Shown: positions 43,558-53,152 of the stretch, one piece after another
How positions within the stretch are numbered: the first letter of the stretch is position 1
How the letters are laid out: every line of letters begins with the position of its first letter
Source of the DNA: Deinococcus sp.
Lineage (GTDB): Bacteria > Deinococcota > Deinococci > Deinococcales > Deinococcaceae
Assembly: GCA_965261005.1 (NCBI GenBank)
Contig: OZ253375.1
Span: 2,592,001-2,656,000, forward strand
Length of the DNA: 64,000 nucleotides
Direction: 5' to 3'
Notes under the pieces: model-generated
What the model was told of the DNA's origin: nothing
The model's database searches: none
The model's input: the letters and a program-made list of their open reading frames with translations, nothing else
Position numbers and translations under genes: made by a program

Positions 43558-43798
43558 GCTCTCTCACCACCTGAATGATCGCGTCATAAGCGTCCTGGGG
43601 GAGTGCCGTTTGCAGCGCGTCTACCGTCCCGTCCGAGTTGAGCCGTCCGGCCCCGAAGTCCTCAAAGGCCCGCGTGACAACTGGGGTGTACGCTTCTGCC
43701 CCTACGAGTCGCAAGCCCTCAAGCGCCGCCGCCTCACCTTCGCGGGCGTGCTTGAGGCGCAGAGCTTCGAGCCGGCCTAGCCGTGCCTTGACGCTCAC
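43547..43798 (-). CDS. Small protein with an N-terminal RLxxLE motif (copy 1)
   Basis: MSVKARLGRLEAL...; GTGA coupling. Confidence 0.65.
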   Translation of the reverse strand: MSVKARLGRLEALRLKHAREGEAAALEGLRLVGAEAYTPVVTRAFEDFGAGRLNSDGTVDALQTALPQDAYDAIIQVVRERGI

Positions 43799-44082
43799 GC
43801 GGCGCCCTGAACCTTCAGGCCATCCGGGTTCAGGGTCACTTCGAGGGCCTGTAAGCGGGCCTCTAACTCGCCCACCTCGTAGACCTTCGTATAGCTGGCC
43901 GCCACCTGAGAGACGGCGTGAACGGCCTTGAGTCTCAAGTGCGGGTCATCTTCGGTCAAGAGCGCTTCGGCGGTCTCTAGAGCGGCCCAGAGCTTGCCGG
44001 CGACGGCTTGCAGATTGCCGGGCTTGCGCTTGCGTTTCTTGGCGAGGCGGGCCTGTGTGGGGTCAGCGTTCGGGTTGCTCAT
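43795..44082 (-). CDS. Small helical protein, possibly terminase-small-subunit-like
   Basis: AAAGGA RBS; basic KKRKRKPG N-terminus; C-terminal ELEARLQALE. Confidence 0.55.
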   Translation of the reverse strand: MSNPNADPTQARLAKKRKRKPGNLQAVAGKLWAALETAEALLTEDDPHLRLKAVHAVSQVAASYTKVYEVGELEARLQALEVTLNPDGLKVQGAA

Positions 44083-44109
44083 GACGTGTTCCTTTCAGAG
44101 AGGGGGGGG

Positions 44110-44859
44110 TTACTCGCCGCGATACTCATGTGGGCGCGATTCGGCGGCCTTCTGAACGGCCAAGGCGAGGGTGATGCTCACCGGGCGGTCAAAGAGCTTG
44201 CCCGGCCCGTCTTTGGCCGCGTAGACGGCTGACACGTTCTCACCAAAGGGGCAGGTGTAACGCAGCGTGAAGGGCGATTGGTCGCCTTGATAGGGGTTGG
44301 CGTAGGGAGTGAGTAATAGCGCCTCGCCGGGGGCGCCGCGCGCCGTCAGTTCACGGGCGAGCGCCCCCCAGGTGTGCGCTTCTGTGGTTGAGTTGAAGTT
44401 TTGGTGTTCAAGTACGCTGAGCCTGAGTGCGGCGGCGGCCAGCTCGGCGGCCCTCGCCCGCTCGCCCGCCCAGTCCTCGCGAAGCGCACTGATGGCCTCC
44501 AGGCGTGCCACCACGTCCGCATACAGGTCTTTGAGCGCCGCGTCTGTCTTGGCCTTGTAGCCGGCCAGGGCGCGGCAGTGGGCTTCTAGGGTGAGCATGG
44601 CGTCTTCGCGCCGTTGCTGGGCCTCCAAGTGGCTGATGTGGTCATGGGCGCGCGCCACCTCGGCTTGTTGATCGCCCAGCAATGAGGCGAGGGCAGCGCG
44701 GGTGCCTTCCAACTCGGCCACGCGGGCGAAGTCGCGCGACTTGCCGCCGCGCAAGGTGTTTAGCTCTTGGGTCTGGGCCTCTAGCAGCGCGCCCAGTTCA
44801 GCGGCGTCCGTTTCGAGGGCGGCGAGGTCTTGGCGGGCGGTCTCAAGTGTTTTGTCCAT
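44110..44859 (-). CDS. Coiled-coil hypothetical protein
   Basis: Heptad-rich MDKTLETARQDLAALE...; start assigned to ATG 44859. Confidence 0.6.
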   Translation of the reverse strand: MDKTLETARQDLAALETDAAELGALLEAQTQELNTLRGGKSRDFARVAELEGTRAALASLLGDQQAEVARAHDHISHLEAQQRREDAMLTLEAHCRALAGYKAKTDAALKDLYADVVARLEAISALREDWAGERARAAELAAAALRLSVLEHQNFNSTTEAHTWGALARELTARGAPGEALLLTPYANPYQGDQSPFTLRYTCPFGENVSAVYAAKDGPGKLFDRPVSITLALAVQKAAESRPHEYRGE

Positions 44860-44923
44860 ACCACAGGCTAGAAAAAGCGCCCCCGGCGTGACTGCCGAGA
44901 GCGCCAGAAGTGACGAAAGCGCC

Positions 44924-45145
44924 CTACAGCGCGCTCGCCCAGTCGAGGGGCAGGCCGTGCTTGGCGGCAAAGGCGGCGAGGTCGGCGGCGGGCACCACGC
45001 GCCAGCCTGAGCGCCCGGCAATTTGGATAAAGGGAAGATTGCCGTGATCGAGGTGATGGCGCACGGTGCGCTCACTCAGGCGCAGGGCGCGGGCCACCTG
45101 TCCCGCCGTGAGGTAGCCGGGCAGGCCGTCCGGCAAGCCGGTCAC
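44924..45145 (-). CDS. Excisionase-like HTH (HTH_17) protein
   Basis: YLTAGQVARALRLSERTV..H...G.LP......WRV. Confidence 0.75.
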   Translation of the reverse strand: MTGLPDGLPGYLTAGQVARALRLSERTVRHHLDHGNLPFIQIAGRSGWRVVPAADLAAFAAKHGLPLDWASAL

Positions 45146-45639
45146 GCGGGACGCTCCAAACGGAGGCGGGTAGAGCGCTCGCCCAGCGTCTCGTAGCCGT
45201 CCGGGGCCACGCGCGCCAGCAGCACCGGCCCGGCCTCAAGTTGCCAGCCGACTACGGGGGAGGGGGCAATGTTGAACAGCTTGAGCGTGCGCGGCTCAGA
45301 CTCAGCGACGTAAGCGCGCACGTTGAGCATTTGAACTGCGAGTTCGGCGGGAGTGGGGGGCCAGGTGGGCGGCGACCAGTCCAGGGCGTAGGGGTAGCCG
45401 CTGGCCGTGAGGGCGGTGAGGTAGAGCGTGGCGGCGGGACGCTCGGCGGGCAGGGCTTCGAGGATAGCGGGAACCTCAGCGCCCAGCGCTGCCAAGAGTG
45501 CCGCTTTGTGTTCGCGTACGGCCTCCAGCAGTTCAGCCGGTGGGGGAAAAGCCGCGTTCAGCCGCAGCGTGCCGGCCGCCGTGATGCCCACGCTGACGCC
45601 GTGGCGGGCCAGGGCGGGGCGCAGCTCGCCCAGCTTCAC
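45142..45639 (-). CDS. Hypothetical protein with a TubC-N-like N-terminal domain
   Basis: L...L...GV.......LRL.A..PPP.EL...VREHK..LL; GTGA-coupled to the primase. Confidence 0.5.
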   Translation of the reverse strand: MKLGELRPALARHGVSVGITAAGTLRLNAAFPPPAELLEAVREHKAALLAALGAEVPAILEALPAERPAATLYLTALTASGYPYALDWSPPTWPPTPAELAVQMLNVRAYVAESEPRTLKLFNIAPSPVVGWQLEAGPVLLARVAPDGYETLGERSTRLRLERPA

Positions 45640-48554
45640 AGCTCCACCTCCCAATCGGACGCCACCCCTACCGATTCGGCAACTTGGGCAACTTGGGCAG
45701 TTTCGGAGCCAGTTCCCCTAAAGTCCCTAGCTCTCTCGCGTATAAGGAGAGAGTTATTAGGTTTAGGAGAATTGGTCTCCAAGTTGCCCAAGTTGCCCAA
45801 ATCCTCTTGGCCGGGAAACCGCCCCCGATTGGTCAGCTTCCAGCGCACAACGCCGCTCTTGACGCGCTCCAGGCCGACAGATGTACACGCCTTGCCGAAG
45901 TTCTGGGCGCCCAGCGGCCGGGCGCCGAGTTCGTCGCACCATCCTTGATAGCGTTTTCTGAACGCCCCAGCGCCCACACCCATCACCAGTTCAGAGACGT
46001 TTTGCTCTAGCCAAAAGTCGCGCAACGGGTCCACATCGTCCCAAAAGTCGCGGGTCGCGGCTTGGCAAACTTCGGCGCGGTAAATGTCGCCGTTGCGGTA
46101 CACCCTGTCCAACCCTTCAACCGCCCAGGCGGTGAAGCCGCGCACGAGGTCGCTGTTCGGGTCTTGGCGCAGCTCTTCCAGCCGGCGCCCGCCCAGCAGT
46201 GAGACGCCCTCCCGTAGCGGATGATCGAAGGGCAGGGCGAGCACGCGGTCCTTGAGGGCGTCATCGTAGGCTTCGACGCGCGGCGGGTCATTGGCGACCA
46301 TGAACAGCACGTGCGAGGGGCGGGCCGTGAAGCCCTCGGCGTAGAGCTTGCGAACGCTCAGCCGGTCGGCGCCGCTCAAGGTCTTCAGCGCCTCGGCGTC
46401 AAGGCGCGCGTTCCCAGCCTCGGCGCATAGCACCATGAGCTTTCCCCAGATGGCTGCGCCCAGGCGTTCGCGGGCCGCGTCGGCTGAGAGAAGCTTGGGG
46501 TCAATCGTGGCCGCCATGTCGCCTAGGGCCGTACTCAGAAGTTCAGTGTAAGTGCTCTTCCCCGTGCCTTTGGGGCCGAACGGAAACGGCACCGTGCGTA
46601 GCGTGCTCGCGCCGCTGAACGCGTAGCCGGCCACGTCTTGCAAGGTGTGGGCGAGGTCGGCGTCCCCCCCCGTGATGCGCTCCAGCACCTCCAGCCAGTC
46701 GGCGCGGTCGGCGTCCGGTTGGTACTCGACAGGGGCGAGGGTCAGAAGGTAGTCTTGCCGTCGCGCGGGCCTGAACTCGCTCTTATCCCACACACCATTT
46801 TGAAATCCGACTTTCCACGGGCGCGGCTCAAAAAGGCTGACATCTTTGCGGTACAGCGTCCGGGCGCTGTTGAGAATCGCTTTCTGTCTGTTGTCTGACT
46901 CTGTGGCCCTGGCCGCCCGCGCGTGAGCGTGGTACGCCCTTTCCATCGCGCTGGCCTTTTGCGCCATCGCCCCCGCTTCAGCCGCCGCGTTCTTGCCCTC
47001 GCCCGCCAAGCGCTTGGCGGCCACATCCAAACGGGTGTACAGCGCCAGCAACCGCTCAACTTCCCAGCGCATTGCTACGCCCAACCCCTGAACGCGCCGC
47101 TGCGCCTCAACTTGGCCCGCCCCATCCTTGCCGCCACTGAGCCAGCGCTGATCGTTCCATACGAGGTACCCGCCTAGTTCGGGCACATAGGCCAGATCGT
47201 CGCCGGCCAGCCTTTGCAGCCGGTAAGCGTGTGCCTTGTCGGTATCGGGGGCCACCACCGGCCAAGTGATGCCCAGCAATTCGAGCACCTGGGCGCCGCT
47301 GTAGGTGCCGCTCTCGCCTTCGGGGTCGGGAATATCCTCGGCGGCGGGCAGCGCGTCCGCTTCCGTCTCGACGCGCCCGGCCGCTTGACGAAGGTTGCCG
47401 CCCGCCTTCTTTTTTCCATCCTTTTTCTTGCCGGCGAACTCCCCAATCTTGCTCGGGTCTACCGGCTCAGCCTCGCCGGCCTCCAGACCGCTGCTGACCG
47501 TCCGCTCCAGTTCGTGCGGCTCCAGTCCTACCCGCTCGCCCGCCTCTAGCAGTTCGCGGCGCGCCTCGGCTTCATCCAAGAGGCCGGCGCCGACAATCCG
47601 CCCAAATCGGTAGCTGACTGCATTCAAGGTGGTGTTGCGCTGCCCCACGCCCGCGCTCAGCACGTCGGCTATTCCGCCCAGCCGTGCCACTTGCGCCCAC
47701 TTGGCCCGCGCGCCGGCCTGATCGGTCACGGGGCCACTCTGCAATTCGTCTCTCAGACGTTCCGTCTCGGCGTGGCGCTGCTGGGCGTTCTGTAGCCGGC
47801 GTACGCGCTCAGCCTCAGCGGCGCCTATACACCCGCGCAACCTTGGGAAGCTGCCCAGCAATTCTTCTCGGCTGTACTGGGCTTCTAGCCGGGCCTCCAG
47901 AATGCGGGTCAAAAAGCCCGGTTCCTGCTTGCCGTGCCAGTAGCCGGGGAGCCGCATCACGCGCGGCAGGTCGTGAACCGTCATATCCCCCCCGTAGAGG
48001 CTGGCGAGGTGCTTTTGCACGGTACTGAACTCTTCGAGGGGCAGGTCAGCAACCGCCCAGTAGGCATGGAACCGGCCGGCGCTGCTTTCGACTACGGCGG
48101 TCGGCGGCAAGTGGAAGCCGTCGGCGGGGAGGGGCTGGCCGTCAAGGTCAACGAACACGGCAGCGACCCGTTCCACCTCTTCAGCCTTGCGCCGTGTGGC
48201 GCCGGGTTTCAGGACGTTCACCGTCCAGAACACGCCCACACGGGCGATGTTGGCCGTCATGAACTGGCCCGCCTCAATCTCTGCCAGGGTGAAGCTGCCC
48301 TCGCTGGCCGTGCGCCCGATGGTACGACCCTTGCCGTCCGCTTTGGCGAGGGCGTACTTCTGCGTTGTGCGCGGTGAGCCGTCCTTGCCCGTCCAAGCGT
48401 CAAGGTGGTACAGCTCATCCGGCCCGTCTGCGAACGTCTGAAGGAAGGTCGGCTCACCGGGTAGGCGGAACATGGCGATCAGTTGGGCGGCTTCGGCGGG
48501 GTTGAGTTGGTCGGCGCTGTCTTGTGAATGTGGGAAAATATATGCGCCGCTCAC
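45636..48554 (-). CDS. Primase-helicase (RepB-type primase plus P4/D5-family helicase)
   Basis: VFVDLD, VESSAGRFHAYW, DLPRVMRLPG; RNTTLN; FQNGVWD; Walker A GPKGTGKST; LKTLSGAD.LSVRKLY. Confidence 0.88.
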   Translation of the reverse strand: MSGAYIFPHSQDSADQLNPAEAAQLIAMFRLPGEPTFLQTFADGPDELYHLDAWTGKDGSPRTTQKYALAKADGKGRTIGRTASEGSFTLAEIEAGQFMTANIARVGVFWTVNVLKPGATRRKAEEVERVAAVFVDLDGQPLPADGFHLPPTAVVESSAGRFHAYWAVADLPLEEFSTVQKHLASLYGGDMTVHDLPRVMRLPGYWHGKQEPGFLTRILEARLEAQYSREELLGSFPRLRGCIGAAEAERVRRLQNAQQRHAETERLRDELQSGPVTDQAGARAKWAQVARLGGIADVLSAGVGQRNTTLNAVSYRFGRIVGAGLLDEAEARRELLEAGERVGLEPHELERTVSSGLEAGEAEPVDPSKIGEFAGKKKDGKKKAGGNLRQAAGRVETEADALPAAEDIPDPEGESGTYSGAQVLELLGITWPVVAPDTDKAHAYRLQRLAGDDLAYVPELGGYLVWNDQRWLSGGKDGAGQVEAQRRVQGLGVAMRWEVERLLALYTRLDVAAKRLAGEGKNAAAEAGAMAQKASAMERAYHAHARAARATESDNRQKAILNSARTLYRKDVSLFEPRPWKVGFQNGVWDKSEFRPARRQDYLLTLAPVEYQPDADRADWLEVLERITGGDADLAHTLQDVAGYAFSGASTLRTVPFPFGPKGTGKSTYTELLSTALGDMAATIDPKLLSADAARERLGAAIWGKLMVLCAEAGNARLDAEALKTLSGADRLSVRKLYAEGFTARPSHVLFMVANDPPRVEAYDDALKDRVLALPFDHPLREGVSLLGGRRLEELRQDPNSDLVRGFTAWAVEGLDRVYRNGDIYRAEVCQAATRDFWDDVDPLRDFWLEQNVSELVMGVGAGAFRKRYQGWCDELGARPLGAQNFGKACTSVGLERVKSGVVRWKLTNRGRFPGQEDLGNLGNLETNSPKPNNSLLIRERARDFRGTGSETAQVAQVAESVGVASDWEVEL
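45678..45800. repeat. Putative replication origin: inverted clusters of 9-bp iterons
   Basis: GGCAACTTGGGCAACTTGGGCA (45678-45699) and CCAAGTTGCCCAAGTTGCCCAA (45779-45800) around an AT-richer spacer. Confidence 0.6.
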
Positions 48555-48733
48555 GCCTCAGCGCCCCTCACGCCTACGCGCGCCAGCATCGCCAGGACCT
48601 CGTGGGCCGCGCTGATGTTGTGGCCGCGCGCCAGATCGGCCAGCGCGAGGCGCTGAAGGGCCATGAGGCAGTCGCGGCGAATTGGTATAATCCGGGTAGT
48701 GCTGGCCTCGCCGTGTTTAGGACGGTGAGGCAT
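48551..48733 (-). CDS. Small hypothetical protein
   Basis: Sits between the excisionase-like gene and the primase with GTGA coupling. Confidence 0.45.
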   Translation of the reverse strand: MPHRPKHGEASTTRIIPIRRDCLMALQRLALADLARGHNISAAHEVLAMLARVGVRGAEA

Positions 48734-48735
48734 TT

Positions 48736-48963
48736 TCAGTTGCTCCCATTCAAAAACTCAAGAATCGCGTCGCGCGGGATTAAGTACTTGCGACCATACT
48801 TCACCGCGCGCAGCCGGCCAGAGCGCAAGAGGGCGTTGACCGAATTTTTGCTAAGCCGAAGGATTTCCTCCAACTCCTTGGACTCGTAAACGAGTTGAGT
48901 GATGGCTAATGCAGCTTGAGGTTCGTGGTCTGTCAATATCCCCGCTTCTTTCTGTTTCTTCAT
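48736..48963 (-). CDS. Excisionase-family DNA-binding protein
   Basis: LVY..KEL.EIL.LSKNSV..LLRSG.LRAVKYGRKYLIPR.AI.EFL. Confidence 0.85.
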   Translation of the reverse strand: MKKQKEAGILTDHEPQAALAITQLVYESKELEEILRLSKNSVNALLRSGRLRAVKYGRKYLIPRDAILEFLNGSN

Positions 48964-49021
48964 AGAGCCATTGTTGTCCCGCCCAGTACGTCAACACAAA
49001 CCTTTGCGCTATGTTGACGCC

Positions 49022-50254
49022 ATGAAGAGACGGCGCCGAAGCCACGAATCCCCTGACGATGACGCTCCGGCTGTAGGCGTGCGCGAAGCGGTGGCGGAGT
49101 TTTTGACGCAGGGCATGGCCCCGGAAGAGGCTGCGCGTGAAGCGTTGAGGGCACACGATTATGATCCTGACCACAACATGACACAGCTCAAAAAGGCGGA
49201 GAATTATGCACGGCAACTTCTAAAACAGCGTTCCAAAGAGAAAGGACGGGTCCAATATGTCCCTAACCTCTTGGGGAGTGAAGCGCGCCTGAGTTTTGTC
49301 ACCGCCTATACCCCTTGGCTACAAAGCATGCGCTTTGAGTTGTGGGGGAACACCGCACCTCTTTTCACGTCATCTGCCGTGGAGCCGCTTCTAGAGTGGC
49401 TGAAAGCCAGCGACACCCTAGAAGACGAGGCCCATATAGAGGGGATTCGGCTAGCCAATCCCCTGATATGGCTGTTACAAGCGTCTGAATCCGGGGCTTT
49501 TCCCCCTATGACGCAACGGACCCTTGCAGTTTCGCGGGCCATTGATCGCCTTCTAAAGAGCGTTCATGCGAACGAATGGGCACCACTGATCTACGAAGAC
49601 TCCCCTGGCTGGCTTGGCGCTGTACAGGCCGCAGAATGGCTGTTGTACGGCAAGTATCCGCTGCTGCCTTTGGCGAGCGCCATTGCTCCTAGTGAGTTAG
49701 CGCAATGGGGATGGGGGCGCCGGGGACAGGAAGACCCTGCGGACCACAGCTCTGACGAGGCGTTGCTCTTGCCGCTAGAGCAATGGGGGCGCCGGGGACA
49801 GGAAGACCCTGTGAACACCAAGATTCAAGGTTGGCCCAGCCCGAGCCGTATCGGCCTGGGTGCGATTACCCTCGTTATTTTCGACCCTGAAGCCGTCTCG
49901 GCCGATGCCGTGCGCGACCTCTACAAAGCTGCACGCGAGGCGAGCCGTGTTGTGCCCCGTGGGGCGCCGAAGGCCCGGTCAACAGAAGTTCTCGCCTACC
50001 TAGAGCTAGATTTAGTCCTACAAGAGCTGAGGCGAAGACTAGCAAGCGGGGAGAGAGTAGACCCGAGTACATGGCAATGGCAACCGGCGCCAGCAACGCT
50101 ATTGCATACCTGGCAAACGCGCGCACAAGAGTTTGACCTCAACCCGAATGAGATCAGGACGAGGGCCGGGGTACATGCATTCCAGAAACGCCGGGAATAC
50201 GAAACCTACCGCCCTGCCCTTCGAGCTGAGGTGAGCTTCTTCCGGCTCACCTGA
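49022..50254 (+). CDS. Hypothetical protein divergent from the xis-like gene (possible regulator or cargo)
   Basis: Long intact ORF with atypical codon usage; start uncertain (48971 or 49022). Confidence 0.6.
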   Translation: MKRRRRSHESPDDDAPAVGVREAVAEFLTQGMAPEEAAREALRAHDYDPDHNMTQLKKAENYARQLLKQRSKEKGRVQYVPNLLGSEARLSFVTAYTPWLQSMRFELWGNTAPLFTSSAVEPLLEWLKASDTLEDEAHIEGIRLANPLIWLLQASESGAFPPMTQRTLAVSRAIDRLLKSVHANEWAPLIYEDSPGWLGAVQAAEWLLYGKYPLLPLASAIAPSELAQWGWGRRGQEDPADHSSDEALLLPLEQWGRRGQEDPVNTKIQGWPSPSRIGLGAITLVIFDPEAVSADAVRDLYKAAREASRVVPRGAPKARSTEVLAYLELDLVLQELRRRLASGERVDPSTWQWQPAPATLLHTWQTRAQEFDLNPNEIRTRAGVHAFQKRREYETYRPALRAEVSFFRLT

Positions 50255-50308
50255 AACCCGAATCGTCTTTTGGGAAGGCAAGGTATAGGGCGGGAGCGCT
50301 GCAATAGA

Positions 50309-50358
50309 ATTCGTAATCAGTAGGTCATCGGTTCAAATCCGATCTCTGGCTCCAAGAA
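50309..50358 (+). repeat. attR core (duplicated tRNA-Thr 3' end)
   Basis: ATTCGTAATCAGTAGGTCATCGGTTCAAATCCGATCTCTGGCTCCAAGAA, identical to 40016-40065; followed by a CCCCGT..ACGGGG-T-run terminator. Confidence 0.92.
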
Positions 50359-50388
50359 AATCCCCGTTCTAGACGGGGTTTTTGCTTT

Positions 50389-50754
50389 TTATAGCCCCAG
50401 CACCTTGCGGAGCACGGCTTGCAGCGGCGCAAGCTCGGTTGCCGTCAGCTGTCCGCGCCGCCTGGATATCCGCGACAGGTCGAGCGCCCGCACCTGGTCG
50501 GTCAGCACGATGGATGGGGAGCGCAGTCCGGCGAGGCCGGCGGGAAAGCGCGGGTACAGGTCCGGCGACCCGCTGGCCCAGGTCTGGCCCCTGTCACTTG
50601 TGAGCGGCGCGACGAAGACCAAGGGGAAGCGAGGCGTCCCCACGTTTTCTGGAACGCCGATCACCACGGCTGGGCGCAGACCTTCCTGCTCATGCCCCTG
50701 TGGCTCGTGAAGCGGGAAGCTGGCCGTCACGACGTCGCCAACCCTGAGCATCAT
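50389..50754 (-). CDS. PemK/MazF-family toxin
   Basis: GDVV...P...GHEQEG.RPAVV, VAPLTS, LTDQVRALD..RI. Confidence 0.9.
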   Translation of the reverse strand: MMLRVGDVVTASFPLHEPQGHEQEGLRPAVVIGVPENVGTPRFPLVFVAPLTSDRGQTWASGSPDLYPRFPAGLAGLRSPSIVLTDQVRALDLSRISRRRGQLTATELAPLQAVLRKVLGL

Positions 50755-51122
50755 CCGATGCTCACGCGGCCGTCCGGCAAAACGCTGACCGGCTCGCCCT
50801 CATCCTGCTCGCCCTCGCCCCAGTCATACGGTTCGTACTCGCCAAGGCGAGAGAGGTCGCCGTCCATCCAGGCGCGTGTCTCGGCGTCCACTTCACCGGG
50901 CAGTTCCACCACCTCCAGCACATCCAAAAGGTCTATTGGCTGGCCGCTCAACTGCTCCAGCCCGTTTAAGACCGCCTCAAGCGTTTCGAGCGTGGGGCGG
51001 CGCTTGCCGGTGTAGACGTCGCTCAGGGTGGCGTAGCGCATGCCGCTGGCTTCGGCAAGTTGCTTGCGGTTGACGCGCCGCCGCGCCATGACCCCGGCAA
51101 GCTTGACCTGGATTGCTTTCAT
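50751..51122 (-). CDS. Xre/Cro HTH putative antitoxin
   Basis: KL..VM.RR.V.RKQLAEASG.RYATLSD; PYDW tail; coupled to the toxin. Confidence 0.8.
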   Translation of the reverse strand: MKAIQVKLAGVMARRRVNRKQLAEASGMRYATLSDVYTGKRRPTLETLEAVLNGLEQLSGQPIDLLDVLEVVELPGEVDAETRAWMDGDLSRLGEYEPYDWGEGEQDEGEPVSVLPDGRVSIG

Positions 51123-51288
51123 GCTTCAAGCCTAGCTGATTTGAGCTTGAGAACAGACGTTGAACCGTCGCCTGGTTACACGGCCAGACGTATATCGTAT
51201 CGGGCGCTTGAGCCGACTTGAGCTGTCACCGCCGAAGGCGGGAGGACGTGGCGCCCCTCCTCGCGGCAAATGCTTTAGGGTAAGGGCC

Positions 51289-51468
51289 ATGAAGCCCGAC
51301 GTTCCCCAGTGGCGGGTGTGGCTGGTCACGTTGCTCGCGGCGCTGTGGGGCCTGCTCGGCATCTACACCGCGCGCCGGGCCGATTGGCCGGTGGCCGCCT
51401 TGTGCGCCGCGCTGTTCGTGTGGAACGCTTACCAACTGTGGCAATTCACGCGCCGGGGCAAGCCCTAA
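51289..51468 (+). CDS. Small membrane protein
   Basis: Two hydrophobic segments; first gene of a tight run. Confidence 0.5.
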   Translation: MKPDVPQWRVWLVTLLAALWGLLGIYTARRADWPVAALCAALFVWNAYQLWQFTRRGKP

Positions 51469-51939
51469 GTGGCGCTGCTGGTGTTCACCCTCGCGTGGCT
51501 GGCCGGCTTGGTCGGGACCTTTGTGCCGGTGCTGCCCTCGACCCTGATCGTCTTTTTGGGGGCGCTGTTGGCCGCTTGGATCGGCGGCTTCGAGCGGCTG
51601 ACTTGGTCCTGGCTGTTGGGCGCGCTGCTGCTCACCGTCTTTGCGGGCGTGGTGGACAACGTGGCGGGCGCTTGGGGCGCGCGGCGCTACGGCGGCTCGA
51701 AGGCAGCCACCTGGGGCGCGCTGGCCGGAGGGGTGGCTGGATTGTTCCTGCCCTTCGGCCTCTTGATCGGGCCGCCGGCGGGCGCCCTCTTGGCCGAATT
51801 GGTCTTCGTGCGCCGCCCGCTGATGGCGGCGCTGCGCAGTACCTGGGGCACCTTCGTCGGTTTGCTCGCGGGCGTGGGGGCCAAGTTCGTCCTGAACGTC
51901 TTGCTGGGCCTGGCGGTGTTGTGGCGGCTGGCGACGTGA
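51469..51939 (+). CDS. DUF456-family membrane protein
   Basis: G.VG.FVPVLP, GARRYGGSK.A.WGA..G, GP..GA.L.EL. Confidence 0.85.
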   Translation: MALLVFTLAWLAGLVGTFVPVLPSTLIVFLGALLAAWIGGFERLTWSWLLGALLLTVFAGVVDNVAGAWGARRYGGSKAATWGALAGGVAGLFLPFGLLIGPPAGALLAELVFVRRPLMAALRSTWGTFVGLLAGVGAKFVLNVLLGLAVLWRLAT

Positions 51940-52172
51940 GCGAGCCGACTCCCGCCAAGTTGACGCTCTACTCCAGAACGGGCTGTCACCTGTGCGAGGA
52001 CGCCGAGCGGCTGCTGGACGGCTTGAAGCTGCCTTACGTGCGGGTCGAGGTCGGGAGCGACCCTGATTTGGAGGCGCGCTACGGCTGGGACGTGCCGGTG
52101 CTGGCGCGCGGGGACGAAGTCTTGCTGAAAGGGGTCTTCACGCGGGCGCGCGTTCTCGCCAAGCTGGGCTAG
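51936..52172 (+). CDS. Glutaredoxin-like (DUF836) protein
   Basis: LTLYSRTGCHLCEDA, L..RYG..VPVL. Confidence 0.85.
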   Translation: MSEPTPAKLTLYSRTGCHLCEDAERLLDGLKLPYVRVEVGSDPDLEARYGWDVPVLARGDEVLLKGVFTRARVLAKLG

Positions 52173-52228
52173 CGGGACCGGCCCTGGTTCTCCCCCTTCG
52201 TTCACGCGGGCGGGTACACTGAGGCGAC

Positions 52229-53152
52229 ATGGACCCAGTTGCATTTCAGATCGGCACCTTTACGGTCGCTTGGTACGGCATCCTGATCACCGCCGGCATT
52301 TTGGTGGGCGTGTGGATCGCCAATCGCCTCGCGCGCGAGCGCGGCCTGAACGTCAACCTGCTCGGCGACATGATGTTTTGGGCGGTCGTGTGGGGCTTGG
52401 TCGGCGCGCGGCTGGTCTTCATCCTGACCAGCCCCGGCAACTTCAGGAACGCCAGCTTTCTCGACTACATCAACATCCGCCAAGGCGGCATCGCCATTCA
52501 CGGCGGTTTGATCGCGGGCATCTTGGTGCTGTTGTACTACGCGCGGCGCTACCACCTGAACGTGTACCGCTACGCGGAGGTGATGATTCCCGGGGTGTGC
52601 CTGGGCATCATCGGCGGAAGAATCGGCAACATCATGAATGGCTCGGACACGGTCGGGCGCGTGACCGGCTGGGCCGTCGGCTACCACTGGCCGGCTTGGG
52701 CGCGCGGCTTTCACGACGCCATGTGCAACCCCGGCGTGCCGCTCAACCTGACCCAGTATTGCCAAGCCGTGGGGGGCCGGCAGGTGATGACCGCCCCGGT
52801 CCACTTCACCCAGCTGTACGGCGTCTTTATCGGCGTGGCGCTCCTCATCGGCGCCTTTTTCTGGCTGCGCTCGCTGCGGCCGGGCTGGGCCTTTTGGCAG
52901 TTCATCTTGTGGTATTCGCTGCTGCGCTCGGTGGTGGAGGAGACCTTCCGGCTCAACCCGCTGTACTGGAACGTCTACCTGTCTGAAGGGCTGAACAAGG
53001 CGGGCATCGGCCTGTTCACCGCCGAGCAGCTGTTCGCCATTCCCCTGATCGTGGTGGCGCTGTACGTGCTGTGGCGCGTTGCCCGCCGCCCCATTCCCGC
53101 CCCCGACGCCCCCAGCGTGACCCATGACCAAGCCCGCGCCAAACGTGCCTGA
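52229..53152 (+). CDS. lgt: Prolipoprotein diacylglyceryl transferase
   Basis: [34 protein letters not shown]. Confidence 0.93.
   Translation: MDPVAFQIGTFTVAWYGILITAGILVGVWIANRLARERGLNVNLLGDMMFWAVVWGLVGARLVFILTSPGNFRNASFLDYINIRQGGIAIHGGLIAGILVLLYYARRYHLNVYRYAEVMIPGVCLGIIGGRIGNIMNGSDTVGRVTGWAVGYHWPAWARGFHDAMCNPGVPLNLTQYCQAVGGRQVMTAPVHFTQLYGVFIGVALLIGAFFWLRSLRPGWAFWQFILWYSLLRSVVEETFRLNPLYWNVYLSEGLNKAGIGLFTAEQLFAIPLIVVALYVLWRVARRPIPAPDAPSVTHDQARAKRA

Noticed and set aside
50309..50358. Second tRNA-Thr gene
   Set aside because: Lacks the 5' half; it is the att duplication
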